NCBI RefSeq assembly: GCF_032191835.1 | Contig: NC_083237.1 | Location: 8,494,001 to 8,558,000, forward strand | DNA: 64,000 nt | Reading direction: 5' to 3' | From: Heteronotia binoei | Lineage: Eukaryota | Shown here: positions 1 through 12,667 of the stretch, one piece after another | Layout of the letters: each line of letters opens with the position of its first letter | Numbering within the stretch: the first letter of the stretch is position 1 | The notes under the pieces: generated by a model | Seen by the model: the letters and a program-made list of their open reading frames with translations, nothing else | Databases searched by the model: none | What the model was told of the DNA's origin: nothing | Position numbers and translations under genes: made by a program

Positions 1-891
1 TTCATAGTGTTGTGCATTTTGATGATGAAATACATTTAAAGCAATACTGCAGTGCCCACAGATGGGTTAATTTCTTCATTTATTATTCATTAAAATATTT
101 AGATAACACTATCAGTCAATCCATTTTGTTCGTGATTCAAGATGGATTGACTGATAGAAGGAATTTCTGGTATATTGGAGAACCAAGAGGCAGAATTTAT
201 GTCCAAGTAGTTAACTGAGCTTTATGGAGGAACATCCCAAACCAGCTCTGTCCATAACCCAACTCATTGATCAGCTATATTACCAATCAATATAGCCTCT
301 GTCTTCCCACCTTTAAACGTCTGGGGCTTATTTTTTTTAACAGAAATCACAGTTTTGAAAAGTTCAGTTTAACATTTCTATTACATTATTTCAGCTTGGA
401 TGAAAATGATAATAGAATTGTCAGGTTAGAGATGACACTCTATCAAATCTAAAGACAACCTCACTTTCCAGATCCAGATCACCCTGCCAAAAATGACTCA
501 AAGTCTCTGGTGTCTTTGGATTTCTCAGGAAAATCCTGGAACCATCAGACAGATCAAAGAGTATATATGTGTATGCTGCCACTTGTATTTTGCTGTACTT
601 TGTAATTAATAAAACATTTAAGGAAAGCAAAGCAATGTATTTTCCAAATGGTTTGGCAGAATCAAAACTTGGTTTGGTCATCAAAGTGGTTACAAGCGCA
701 AGGTCATGACTCTGAGATGCTCTTTGCATCTCATATAGGTAGAGAATGGGGGGTGGAGGAGGGGTTTAACTGCCAGAAAGGGTTCATGCATCTTGACTGT
801 AATCATAGCATTGGCCTGTTCACACTAGATAAAAACACTAGAAGATAAGAAGAGTCCTGAAGGATGCTCTATTCTGGTTTGTGTCACTTAC

Positions 892-1018
892 CCTCCTGGT
901 TTGCAATCTTTGCTTCTTGGCACGGAACGCAATCGTAGCAGCAAAACTTCTCCCCTTCCTTCTTTTTCTTATGATAACCAGGCTGACAGTGTCCGTTACA
1001 TATAGATGTAGGGAGCAC
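892..1018 (-). CDS. Vmn2r: V2R gene A, exon 5 (cysteine-rich NCD3G domain)
   Basis: 127 bp, aacag|GTG ... G|gtaagt. Encodes VLPTSICNGHCQPGY...FCCYDCVPC. Exon 6 would lie left of the window. Confidence 0.93.
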
Positions 1019-1248
1019 CTGTTCATAAACATGAAAATTATATAGATGTGCCACAGTATTTAATTCCAGGGCTTTTTTTGGGGGGGGGGGGGAGAAAAAG
1101 CCTAACGAACTTATTTGCATATTAGGCCACACCCCTGACAGCACCATTGCTCCACACAGCCTATCTATAAAAGAATGTCAGAATCTCTTCTAGTGAACCG
1201 TCAATGCAGGAACTGGACCCACCCTTCGACATGCACTAGAACCTATAC

Positions 1249-1476
1249 CTGGTTGAAACTGTGGGGCCACACAATTTGATCTTCATGAATGATGAATTTC
1301 TCTCCTTCGGGAGCACTGGGATTCAGACTTCCCACTTTCACTTTCAAGAAGGAATTGTTTGAGAAGGTGACCAGATTCATTACATCAAATCGAGCTGCCA
1401 TTTCCTTGTTATCATTAAAATATACTGTTTCACCTGCTGAATTATTAAACGCAATTCCTTGAAGGAATGGATGGAG
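1249..1476 (-). CDS. Vmn2r: V2R gene A, exon 4
   Basis: 228 bp, atag|CTC ... CAG|gtatag. Encodes LHPFLQGIAFNNSAGETV...WPHSFNQ. Not in the ORF track; read manually. Confidence 0.9.
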
Positions 1477-2217
1477 CTATTTTTTTTTTAAGAAAGGAAA
1501 GAATGACAGAAAAATATATTACAATAACAATGCAAAATACCAACAGCTGTGTTGGTCTGAAGTAACAGAACAATGTTTGAGTCCAGTGGCACATTTATGT
1601 CCAACAAAGTTTAATTCTGGAAATAAGCTTCCATATTCATGCACACTTCTTCAGATACATCAACAAGATTTCCACAACCATTACATATAGGTAGAGAATG
1701 GGGGGTGGAGGAGGAGTTTAACTGCCAGAAAGGGCTCATGCATCTTGACTGTAATCATAGCATTGGCTTGTTCACACTAGATAAAAACACTAGAAGATAA
1801 GAAGAGTCCTGAAGGATCAGACCAGTGAACCATCTAGTCTTGCAACTTTGCAGTTATTTTGGAGGATGAACATAGGGCATATAGGTTGAGGAGGACTTTC
1901 CCTTTACTACCTCTGTATATGCAGGCTTCTTTTAGTCACCATGAGTTTCATAAGGGTTATCTGCCCAAATGGAGATTAATACCAGACAGCCACCTGCTTT
2001 CATCACAAATGGAGACCATAGATGTCAGGAGCACTGAAGCTACCCTGCAATCCATCTTTTGAGTTCCTAGTGTACAAAATTGTCATATCTGAGACTATTT
2101 CAAGCCATAAATGCACGCAACATCCTTTCACAGTTATTCATGTTAAGAGAAGTTTGAAATGATCTCAACCAAAACATAACTTCATAACAATAATAATAGT
2201 TTATTGAGAAGTACTAC

Positions 2218-3069
2218 CAGCCAAGGCTGAAGATCCTGCAATTCATCTCCTTTACTATCCATTCGTCTGTGCTTGGATGTGGAAGCAGACATGGAATGCA
2301 AGGCATGTGCCACAGCATAGACAGCATTATAGATGCTATAGCTCTGGCCAGTCACGCTCATTTCAAAAATTGGCCCAGGAAGGCTCTCCAGTCTCTCTTC
2401 CCCAGTACATGTCGCATCGCTATTCTCTGGGTCCTCGGATTTTGGAAATGAACAGCCAAATGCTTGTTCCCAGAAGTACTTCAGAAAGCCATCTCCTTGT
2501 TTCTTATAAGGTTTCACATTTTGAAGAAACTTCTGGAAACCTTCAAGATTCTCTGAATGAGGTGTGAAGAAAATGGCACCTTGGTAGAATTCAAAATTCC
2601 ACTTCCTCTGGAGGGATGTTAATGAAAAATCAACTTGGCCCACCAGAATCCACACTTTTCTAAGTGAGGGATTTTCTTCATCTCCAGTCCCTCCTAAGGA
2701 TATTAATGTCATCAGCCAGTTAATGGTAGTAGGTCTTCCATAAAGGATGAATGCACTTGCTTGGGTATGTTTGAAATGCAGGTGTGCTGTGAAGAACAAA
2801 TAACTGAAGTAATCCATATCCTCTTCCTGATGATGGGATACTATTCTTTTGACGAAGGCTAGACAGATCCCATTGGGGTTAAGTAATGGCTCTAGACTAT
2901 ACAAGAAGTGTTCTCCGCTGTCATCATCCACAATGAAAAGCCCAACCCAAGTCCACTGGAAATGTTTAAGTAACCTCACGATCTGTTGGACTTCATTTAG
3001 TTCCATGTGGTAAAAGGAACGGGGTTGCCTAATCTCCTTCTCCTCTTGGGCAAATGACCCATATGTGAG
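2218..3069 (-). CDS. Vmn2r: V2R gene A, exon 3
   Basis: 852 bp, open frame, ttttag|CTC ... CTG|gtagta. Encodes LTYGSF...HFQWTWVG...FWEQAFGC...CTGEE...YNAVYAVAHALH...LQPW. Confidence 0.93.
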
Positions 3070-4472
3070 CTAAAAGATAAGACACCAAGTGAACAGAAAT
3101 CAGACTACATGCATGCCTGCTCAGCCAACAGATATGTGCATGTTCTATGAGAGCTGAAGCCACTTCTACCTGAATATTCTGAGACCATGAAGGGAGGAGA
3201 GCAATTCTTGGGAAAAATAATTTGCTACCTCTCCCAAGGAACTGCCCTGACAATATTACCTCAGCATCGGAGTAAGTCACCCCATAATACTACAAAAAGT
3301 AATGGAACCCATTACAACAAAAAGTAATAGAAACTCAGTCATGGCATTAACTACTAAGGAAAAAAATTCAGGCCTCAACAATAACTTTCTCTTTAGTAAT
3401 GCAGTACAATGGAGAGTAAAATTTGGAATTTGAAAAAATACCCTTCATTGAAAACATCAAGAAAGCAGAAATATAACTGGGGTCAAATTGACCCCACCAT
3501 TTTTAAAAACATAAAACACAGTTAGGAGTCTGTAAAACTGTCACAGTACTAAAACTTAACAATAGTTCAATGTGGAACAACAGGTAAGAAACAAAAAAAA
3601 AATGTCTTGCAAGGGGAGAGAAAGACACCATTTCCCAAATTTGCAATACTGTTCAACTTAAGTTTTGATTTAGCACAATGAAGGGAAACAATCAGCTCAG
3701 TGGACAGTTGGCTGGGGGTCATCTAGAATCCAAGGCTGAATGGCTCCTTCAATGTGGAAAATGCATGATTCAAAGCAGGCCTGCAGACTGGTTCTGGCTT
3801 GTCTTGAAGGGATATAGAATGACAACGTTTGCAAAATTTCAATACAGCAATTTGAGCTTTTCCATGTGACTAATAAAACATAAGGAAACCTTTGACAGAG
3901 CACAAATTCAGGACTTTTACTTGCTCCTACAATATATACAACCATGGCTTTTTTTGTAGAAAAAGCTCAGCAAGACGTCATTTGCATATTAGACCACACC
4001 CCTGAAATCACCTTATTCTCATTCATAATTTTTCAATTACTTCCTCTTATGTGGCCTCAGTGGCATGATGAAGATTTCCATCTGTCTGCTTTATATGTTT
4101 TGGTTATTTCCCCATTTTTTTTGTGGGAAAAACATCAGAAAGTTTGTCAAATCTTAGAGTTCAGCAAAATTTTCACAGGGGTGGGGGGGTGGGGGGCGCT
4201 GAACGGTGGAGTCTAGAAGCAAGTAGTTTTTTGGAGGGGGGCAGGTAAGAAAGAAAGAGCATGATACAATTTAGAGGTTCCAGAGCTCTGCTCCTGTGAG
4301 CTCCTGCCCAAAATGAGGCATCCCTAACAATATCCTGATACATCAAGACTCTATGCACCTGGCAGGACTTTACTTTTTTTGCCTGATGTTCTGACTTTGT
4401 CAGGCTCAAACCATATAGCAGAAATAAAGCAATCTTTTGTAAAACTATTATACCTCTAGGTATAGAACTCAC

Positions 4473-4764
4473 CTGTGGAACTTTGTGGAGCTCTAGAATA
4501 TCTGCCATACGGAGAGAGACCTCAGGACTAAGTCCCCCAATGACAGCTATTAGACTCTTCTTGGTGTCACATCTATAGTTGGGGACAAATCTATGGGATC
4601 TGCAGAGCAAGTTCAAAGTAGCCTGATAGGTCATCCATTCATCAGAATAACTCTCATAGATATGGAACCCAAGGGAGACATTTGGCAACATCTTGACATT
4701 CTCATTGATCTCCTTAACTGCAGATTCCAGAGCCAAGACATGTTGGTAGTTCTTTGTTGTCATG
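4473..4764 (-). CDS. Vmn2r: V2R gene A, exon 2
   Basis: 292 bp, tttacag|C ... CAG|gtgag. Encodes TKNYQHVLAL...EINEN...LPNVSLGFHIY...VIGG...HKVPQ. Confidence 0.95.
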
Positions 4765-4929
4765 CTGTAAACAGAGTTCATTTTTCATATCCAGAAGAAA
4801 TCTGAGTTGTTTAAATGCTTTTACCACAGTAGCAATCTATTTGTTTCATGTTTAACTTTCTCAATATAAAATATATATTTCCCTTGCTGTAGATACGTCC
4901 TCTTTTTCCCAAGTAGTGTTTATAACAGC

Positions 4930-5240
4930 TAAGAACATAAGAGAAGCCATGTTGGATCAGGCCAATGGCCCATCCAGTCCAACAATCTGTCTCACACAGT
5001 GGCCAAAAAAAAAAAAACAGGCTCCATCAGGTGGTCCATCAATGGGGCCAGGACACTAGAAACCCTCCCACTGTGGCCCCTCCAAGCGCCAAGAATACAG
5101 AGCATCAATGCCCACAACAGAGAGTTCCAACAATACACTGTGGTTAATAGCCACTGATGGACCTCTGCTCCAGATGTTTATCCAATCCTCTCTTGAAGCT
5201 GTCTATGCTTGACGCTGCCACCACCTCCTGTGGCAGTGAA
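4930..5240 (-). mobile_element. Short CR1 3' fragment
   Basis: Same CR1 3' UTR and tail as the other copies. Similar short copies at 8677-8741 (-), 15140-15425 (+) and 38040-38222 (+). Confidence 0.85.
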
Positions 5241-6429
5241 CTAAGAGTTAGATGCTGTCACTCTAAATGGGCTCTAAATTCATGTGATCTCTGTTTCACA
5301 GTAATACCAATGGTGCTTTCAAGGCACTTAAAAGTTAATGTGCAAATACAAATGGTCTTGCAAATGTTGGTATAATTGTATCAAGGAAGTTTGCTTTTTA
5401 ATTCCTTTGCACTGTTTTTCAGAGGAACAAATTACAGCTCTGCAAGAACTTGTGGAGATCATCTCACCTTGGTCTCCCAGCTCCTAGTCGGAAACAAGTG
5501 TTGGTGGGGTCACTACCACTGAACTGGAGTAAGCAGCCAGGCCTAGGTGAGTTATGGAAAGATGAATGGCAGCAAGTCACCTGGCGCTTGTTATTGGGCC
5601 TGTCTCCAATGAATTCTTCCTCAGTTGCCAAGACAACCCAGAAAAGAACAACTTCCCATATCCTCTAGCTTCTCAAACCAAACCTTGGATATTATTGTGG
5701 TTGCCTAACAGCAGCTACTGAGGAAATCTGTTATTTACATATACAGATGTTACTTTTATCACGGGAGGGGGCGCTAATCTCTCATCTTCTTGTGCTTCTT
5801 TGTTAGTTTTTAAAGATTTTCCCCTCAGCCATTATGAGGCTTTTTATCAGATTTGCTTTTTCTGAGGACAACCCAGGATTCTGATTTTAGGTATTCGTAG
5901 ATGGGGCCATGTTGAGAATTAGATATATGAATAAAGAAAACAAATGCAGGAATACTGAAGAAAGGTGAGATTTGAGAACCTTCATGTTCTCAAATTATGG
6001 GATTATTTAATTGTGCAAATTCTCCAAGTTAAAGTGGAATGTAAGAGCAGTCCAACTCAGTTTAAAGGAGAAAGGACCACACAATAAGGTGTTGGAATAA
6101 TGGGCATCCCCTTTACACTAAGATACACAGAGAACATTTCAACAGTGGAAGCAGTTCACATAAACACATGAAGCTTCCTTACACTGGATCAGACCCTTGG
6201 TCCATCAAAATCACTATTGTCTACTGAGAAAGGCAGTGGTTCTCTAAGGTCTCAGGCTGAGGTCTTTCACATCGCCTCTGCAAAGCAGATGCTTTGTCAA
6301 TCACAGCCCCTCTCCACTTTGTTATGTCGAGTATATGTTTTTAACCAAAAGAAGAATAATTTGGCTTTCAAATTGGAGCAGGATAGGCTATCAATGACAT
6401 TAATATTTGTAATAATAGCAGCAGAGAAG

Positions 6430-6622
6430 TGGAATGGTATACGGTAGTCCAGTGCCATCAGATCTCAGAAGCTAAGCATGGTCAGTAGTTGGATGGGAGA
6501 CCCCCAAGGAAGACTCTCCAGAGGCAGGCAAAGGCAAACCACCTCTGCCTCATCACTTGCCTTGAAAACCCTAGGAGGTGACCATAAGTCAACTGGAACT
6601 TGATGGCATTTTACGCACAATA
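6430..6622 (+). mobile_element. 5S-rRNA-derived SINE with RTE-like tail
   Basis: GATCTCAGAAGCTAAGCA...AGTAGTTGGATGGGAGACC resembles 5S rRNA boxes, followed by AGGCAAACCACCTCTG. Copies at 8062-8240, 19165-20112 (split by CR1), 25440-25615 and 41218-41330. Confidence 0.7.
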
Positions 6623-6927
6623 TAGAAACAACCCTAAGGCCATGATGACCCATAGAATTAAACTGAAGCTTTCCCAACCATCCTATATAATTTCTTGCTC
6701 TCCATAATACATTTGACCATTTTAAAAACCTTTCCCATCACTGCCACCTGTATTTGAAAACAGAGATTAAAAGAAGAGAGATCTGTTCAGTAACTAGAAA
6801 AGGCACAACAAAAAAGACACATAGTTGGGAATGCAGGGAAAGAAAAGAAAAACCTTCATTCTACATGTATTTTGTCTTATTTTGATTGGTCTAGCTCACT
6901 GGAAGATGCAGGGAAACCTTGTCTTAC

Positions 6928-7202
6928 ATTGTTCTGTCGAGAATGTCCAGGCAATGAAATTCGTTGAAAGAAAATTCAGAAAACCAGCTGGGAATCTGAG
7001 AGACAATTCCACCTATAATGAGGTTCCCTGACTGAGAACTCTCATGCAGGCCAGGTAGGAAACCTTTCAAGAGACACATATCTATTTTGCATGCCACAGG
7101 ACGCAACCCAAGCAGCCATGTCACTACCAGCAACACCAATGAGTGGTGAAGGTGATCTGTGGGTATAGATGTTCCTGAGCCCATCTGAAGCACCAGTCCC
7201 AT
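6928..7202 (-). CDS. Vmn2r: V2R gene A, exon 1 (signal peptide and start of Venus-flytrap domain)
   Basis: Encodes ...LVLLVVTWLLGLRPVACK...GNLIIGGIVSQ, matching V2R exon 1. Donor AT|gtaag at 6928/6927, phase 2. Start codon uncertain (ATG at 7202 or 7184). Symbol is family-level only. Confidence 0.8.
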
Positions 7203-8753
7203 TTAAACAGACTGTCTGGGATGGCAACTGAGAATGCCAATATGCATCTTGATATGAGTCAATTGAGATTCTGAATGCAAGAGATGATTCTGAAAATGCG
7301 GCTTGCAAATGTGGATTGTCCAAGGAACGTGTGAGAGATTAAAGTGACAGATCCCTGCCAGTCTCTTTCATCATCTTTCATTTCTCAAAAGAATAAGTGT
7401 TATTATAAGCAAAATAACTGGCTTATTCATTGATTTCTATCCCCTTCTGAAAAGCCATGGAGCTTTGGCCACCTGTAAAAATTACAGTGATTACAATCAT
7501 TCCAAGAAGAGATCATTATCTTTGCTAAATTTGTTTCTGGTCATCAGGAAAATACAGGAAAATTGCACAAAGTAATAGAATATATGGGTATAAACTAGGA
7601 ACTTGAGGAACACCTGATCTGCTGCAAAGATGAGTACAAGGTAGCTAAACAATTATGGAGGCCTAAAAAGTTTCAGTTGCACACTGGTAGGAAGAAGAAG
7701 AAGAAGAAGAAGAAGAGGAGGAGGAGGAGGAGGAGATTGTATTTATGCCCTACCCTTTGCTACTCAAAGGAATCTCAGAGCAGTTTACAATCTCCTTTCC
7801 CTTCCCCTCCCCACAACACACAACAGACACCCTGTGGGGTAGGTGGAGCTGAGAGAGCTCCGACAGAAACTGCTCTTGAGAGGAACAGCTCTGTGAGAGC
7901 TTGTGATTGACTCAAGGTGACATCAGCAGGTGCATATGGGGAGTGTATAATCAAACCTGGTTCTCCCAGATTAGAGTCCACACACTTAACAACTGCACCA
8001 TACTGGCTCTCACACATTTCCTGATGTCTCAAATATATATACCATTTTATCACAGCATTGGGCCATGGAATACTATGGTATAGCATGATATTCTCAGATC
8101 CCAGAAGCTAAGCAGGGTCAGTAGTTGGATTGGGGGCTACAAGGATGACTCTGCAGAAGAAAGCAATGACACATCATCTCACTTGTCTTGCAAGACCTTG
8201 TTGGAGGCATGAGAAGTCAATTGTGGTTCAACAGCATGTGGGTGCATATGGAGATATCTCACCAATGCAACAGTCCCTCAGGAAGAGGCTGAGGTCTTCC
8301 TAAGTAAAATGATTAACTGATAATAAAGATTTGTAAAAGTGACTGTGGAACCACAGAAATGAGTTATTCTTAATTAATTGAGTGGAAAAGATGCCCCTTT
8401 ATTCCAAAATTATAAATACAGAGGAAATATGGCAACTAAGTGTCAGTGAACATTTATGCTTTGCACAGTTCGATAAACTCCATTGTGGTATATATATACT
8501 CAGCAATCATGCAATCCAGTGAATAACTTATATGAATTAGCCTTATAATGGTTGTGTTTCCTAAAGATGCGTGGGAAGAATGGATACCACTGACACCTCT
8601 GATAGCCCAAGATGGGTCTTTTATTAGGATCATTGATTTTTTTGTATATACTATACATAAAACATATAATACAATAAGAACATAAGAGAAGCCATGTTGG
8701 ATCAGCCAAATGGCCCATCCAGTCCAATACTCTGTGTCACATTATGGTTTTTA

Positions 8754-8983
8754 TTAAATCTTCTTCCTGATTATCTGATTCCTGTTATTCAGCTCAGTTC
8801 TCAGAACAATGATATAACATTTTGTGCTTAACAAAAATTGCTAGAATCGAAGATGCGGTCAGTGAAAAAGAAAGAGCAATGGCAGTCAATTTCATCCCAA
8901 AAGGTTCTTGATAAGACAAAAAAAATTAAACTCTTGGGCATACATCAATCATTCTCTGTGCTCAGATACTGATCCTCTGGACA
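8754..8983 (-). pseudogene. Orphan V2R exon-6 relic (paralog of gene C exon 6) with an internal deletion of about 653 bp
   Basis: CPEDQYLSTEND*CMPKSL...SYQEP matches the start of exon 6 and ...LRTELNNRNQIIRKKI* matches its end. The two halves are fused at tttg (8821-8824). It has a stop, a +1 frameshift and no acceptor. The 3' flank aligns with 28945-29480. Confidence 0.9.
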
Positions 8984-9875
8984 GAAGAGGACTCAGAAGA
9001 GTGTTTTTGAAGAGTGTTTTGAAGGATACCACTGTGCTAGTCTTTCATTCCCAATGGGGTATCATGGGCTAAAGTTGACATGGTTCAGCGAGGGAGGGTA
9101 AGACAAAAAGTGGCACAGATACACTTGGGCCAGACTTAGACTTGGTGGAGACTCCTAAGAGAATGTATAGTTGCTGCTAGGGGCCACCTTGGGGGTGATT
9201 CAGAGGCCAATACTTCATGCACATGAGAGAGGAAATGAGGGGGAAATGAAGAAATACCAGCTTTGCATTAGTTATGTCACTTTTAGGAAACACTATAAGT
9301 CACATAAGGGATGTTGGGGATGTTCTAGATTTTGCCAGAATTCCCTCTTTTTTTGCAAAATGCTAGAGGGTCCCCTATGTCAATTTCAGTTTTGGCCAAG
9401 TTGGTGTGATGCCAGCATGCCAGGCCTGCTTCTCTATTCCACCAAGAAGTTTGGCCTTTCATCCTGGTAATCCTAGCTCAGAGTAGGCCAAAAGCCTTAT
9501 CTGTGGGGCCTAATCCCGAAGTCTCTGCTCTAGAAGACATTTTCACTAGTGAGTCCCTGGGACAGCTATCCCTCCCTCTCATAGGCTCAGACCCAGAAAA
9601 CCAGGTCCACAATCTCCCCTAAAGCCACCAACTTCTATGTGGAGTCTAGATCTCCAGACTAGAGAAATTGAATACCATAAAGAACAAAACAGAAGCTTCA
9701 GAAGGTTCACTCTACGGCTTACCATCCCTATAGCATTCCTGCCCTCCCCTCACCAAACTCCACCTTCACAGCCCAACTGAGAGTCTGCAACCCCATTCTC
9801 CCCCCACCTAGAAGAACAAATGGAGACAGCAGGTCTGTGTGGAGTAGCACATTGGTGAACAGCTAGGAATGCAGC

Positions 9876-10762
9876 TATAACAGCTCATCTTGCTGTCTAT
9901 CTTGTTCGCTTCTATTAGCAGCGTATGGCGACCTCAGCCCCTATTTCAGCCTCAGTCTTCCTTTTTAAATTTTACCTCACAACTACTGAACACCAGGGGT
10001 GGGTATAATATGGATTTCTTAATCTTAGTCTCTTCGGGGTTTTTGTTGTTTTCAGAGGGATGGACCCTCAATATGTAGGGGACTACAGCAGCTTTGATGG
10101 TTTTCCCAATATACAGGCACCAGAGAACTTAAAAGTAAACCACAGAAATTTATTTACACACACAGTCTTCAACTGGGGAATGGAGATATTTACATGGGCT
10201 AAATTGTATCTCCAATAGATAACAGTTTCTAACTAGTTCAGGCTTTTTTGTACAGATTTTACTTGTGTCTCTCAAGGTTCACAGTTCATATATTCCTCAC
10301 TCTCCAGCACTGTTTTAGGTTGGCCTCTTGGGCGTAATGTGCCAAGTCTCTTGAGTCGACTGGTGTCTCTACTCCCAGCCCTTCAGACTCCTCTAGACCC
10401 ACATCTTTCCCCTCATTCTCCTCTTTAGTTCTTAAGAGAAGTGTATATGGTTCTGTGACCTCTCAGGTCTTTCACTGTGACTCTCCTTCTGTCACACATA
10501 GCTCCTTGGCTGTCTCTACAGAGCTAGCAGTGAGCTTTACTTCACTCGAAGTCTCCCCTCAGCTCCTGTCTCAGTTCCTTCTCAAAGCCAACTGCTCTCC
10601 TCAGCAGTCTCCTTCAGACTGTTAGTCACTGACGACTCTCAGCTGTTAACTGTCAATCACACCTACTGAGAGTTCCGAGCACTCCGGCCCCCACCCTCAG
10701 ATCATCTGACTCAGGCTCTATGCGTCCTTCGTTTTTCTCTTAAGCCTTCTATTACCGTCACA
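9876..10762 (-). mobile_element. Probable solo LTR (887 bp) with 5-bp TSD
   Basis: Minus-strand termini TGTGACGG...GTTATA (expected ...TTACA). GCAGC duplicated at 9871-9875 and 10763-10767. AATAAA at 10154-10149. Confidence 0.65.
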
Positions 10763-10892
10763 GCAGCCCATGCCCAGGACCCAGTCAGATACCTGCTCTG
10801 GTATGTGTAGATATAGTTCCTTCCTGGATTGGGTCTCAATCAAACCCTAGCAGAAGATGGTAGAGTTTTGACTAGCTGGAGAAGGAAGCTTT

Positions 10893-11179
10893 GGGCATTT
10901 TCGCACTGACCTTACTGCCGAGCAACGTCCCTCTTCACCGCACAGTGTCTGCGCGGATTTTGCACCAATTGCTCCGCAGAACCCGGAAGAGCTGCAAAGT
11001 CCCGCGGCTTTTGCGTCGCAAATGTAAAGTTGGTTTTTGGCGAAAACCATTTGCAACGCAAAAGCCGTGGGACTTTGCGGCTCTTCCGGGTTCTGCGGAG
11101 CAATTGGTGCGAAATCCGCACAGATGCTGCGAGGTGAAGAGGGACGTCGCTCAGCAGTAAGGTCAGTATGAAAACGCCC
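10893..11179. mobile_element. Fold-back MITE, Harbinger/PIF-like (GGGC...GCCC termini, 3-bp TSD TTT)
   Basis: Near-perfect palindrome over about 287 bp. Confidence 0.85.
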
Positions 11180-11390
11180 TTTGACTCTTAAAAACTTAAG
11201 CCCTGAAAATCTTGCTGGTCTCTTTGGTGCTATTGGACTTGAATCTTGGACCAGTCCCATATAATCACCCTAAACTACCTGAAAGGCTGTGAAGGAAAAC
11301 TGGAGAAAAGGAGACCAATATAAAATAAGTGGGTCACTATTGTGCAGAAAGGCATGGTATAAAAGAAGTAAATATAACCAATGCTGCATT

Positions 11391-12292
11391 TCAATTCTTT
11401 TTCAATATTAACTGCTCTTTTCGGTTCAGATCAGGCCTCAGCAGAATAATGTAGCATTTTGAGGAAAATATACAAATCAGCAAACCAGAACTGGAGGCTA
11501 AGATTGAGAAGATCTCCACAGATACCATATACTTCCCTTTGCTGCTCAGATAAGCTGGAACAAAGGCTAACCAAACACTGCAAAACACCAGCATGCTGAA
11601 GGTGATGAACTTGGACTCATTGAAACTGTCTGGCAACTTCCTACCTAGGAAAGCTACAGTCAAGCTGATGAAGGACAGAAATCCCATGTAGCCCAGGACA
11701 ACATAAAACATGATAACTGACCCTTCGTTACATTCTGCTATGATCTCTTTAGCCATTGTTTGCATATCAAAATCTGGAAAGGGTGGTGAGGTTCCTAGCC
11801 ACACTGTACAAAGGGCTGCTTGAACAAGGGAACAGAAAAGCACACAGGTGGTAGCCATCCTTTTCCCCACCCATTTTCTCATGTAGGACCCGGGTTTGGT
11901 GGCCATGAAAGCTATCTCCACAGTGATGGTTTTGGCCAAGACACAAGAAACAGCCACTGAAAAGATGATGCTGAAAATGGATTGCCGGAGGAAGCAGGTC
12001 ACCTTGTTTGGTTGTCCAAGGAACAGCAAGGGACAGAGGAAGCAGAGGGTAAGGGAAACAAGAAGAGTGTAGGTGATATCCCAGTTGTTGGCTCTGACTA
12101 TGGGGGTATCTTTGTGCCTAATAAAAATTCCCAGAACCAAAGTTGTGATGAGGGAGAAAGAAAGCACAAAAGCAGTCAAACTGATCCCCAAAGGTTCTTC
12201 ATAAGACAGAAAGCTTATAATCTTGTGTATACATTGATCCTGGCCCATGCTTGGATATTGATCTTCTGGACATGTCATACAGTCATCTATAT
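11391..12292 (-). CDS. Vmn2r: V2R exon 6 (end of cysteine-rich domain plus 7TM), assigned to gene B
   Basis: 902 bp, ctcttcag|AT ... TGA. Encodes [12 protein letters not shown]...CFLRQ...CNEGS...[14 protein letters not shown]. Linked to exon 5 only across the N-gap at 12349-12667. Confidence 0.9.
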
Positions 12293-12348
12293 CTGAAGAG
12301 AGAGAGACAGAGAAAAGCAGGTCCCATCTCAGTTTAAATTCACAGGTG

Positions 12349-12667
12349 NNNNNNNNNNNNNNNNNNNNNNNNNNNNNNNNNNNNNNNNNNNNNNNNNNNN
12401 NNNNNNNNNNNNNNNNNNNNNNNNNNNNNNNNNNNNNNNNNNNNNNNNNNNNNNNNNNNNNNNNNNNNNNNNNNNNNNNNNNNNNNNNNNNNNNNNNNNN
12501 NNNNNNNNNNNNNNNNNNNNNNNNNNNNNNNNNNNNNNNNNNNNNNNNNNNNNNNNNNNNNNNNNNNNNNNNNNNNNNNNNNNNNNNNNNNNNNNNNNNN
12601 NNNNNNNNNNNNNNNNNNNNNNNNNNNNNNNNNNNNNNNNNNNNNNNNNNNNNNNNNNNNNNNNNNN
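12349..12667. other. Assembly gap (319 N)
   Basis: Run of N, 56 bp from the exon 6 acceptor. Confidence 1.

Noticed and set aside
6430-6520. 5S rRNA gene (also at 8090, 25460 and 41240)
   Set aside because: Only partial, diverged 5S boxes fused to an RTE-like tail, which makes these SINE heads.
7677-7910. Poly-Lys/Arg ORF
   Set aside because: The (GAA)n(GGA)n tail of a SINE.
10847-11260. Similar ORFs on both strands (also 39916-40374 and 46393-46641)
   Set aside because: By-products of palindromic GC-rich MITEs, with no protein motifs.
11982-12296. Plus-strand ORFs overlapping V2R exons (also 29807-30163, 43525-43755 and 62145-62378)
   Set aside because: Shadow frames antisense to conserved 7TM codons; their similarity follows from the sense-strand conservation.
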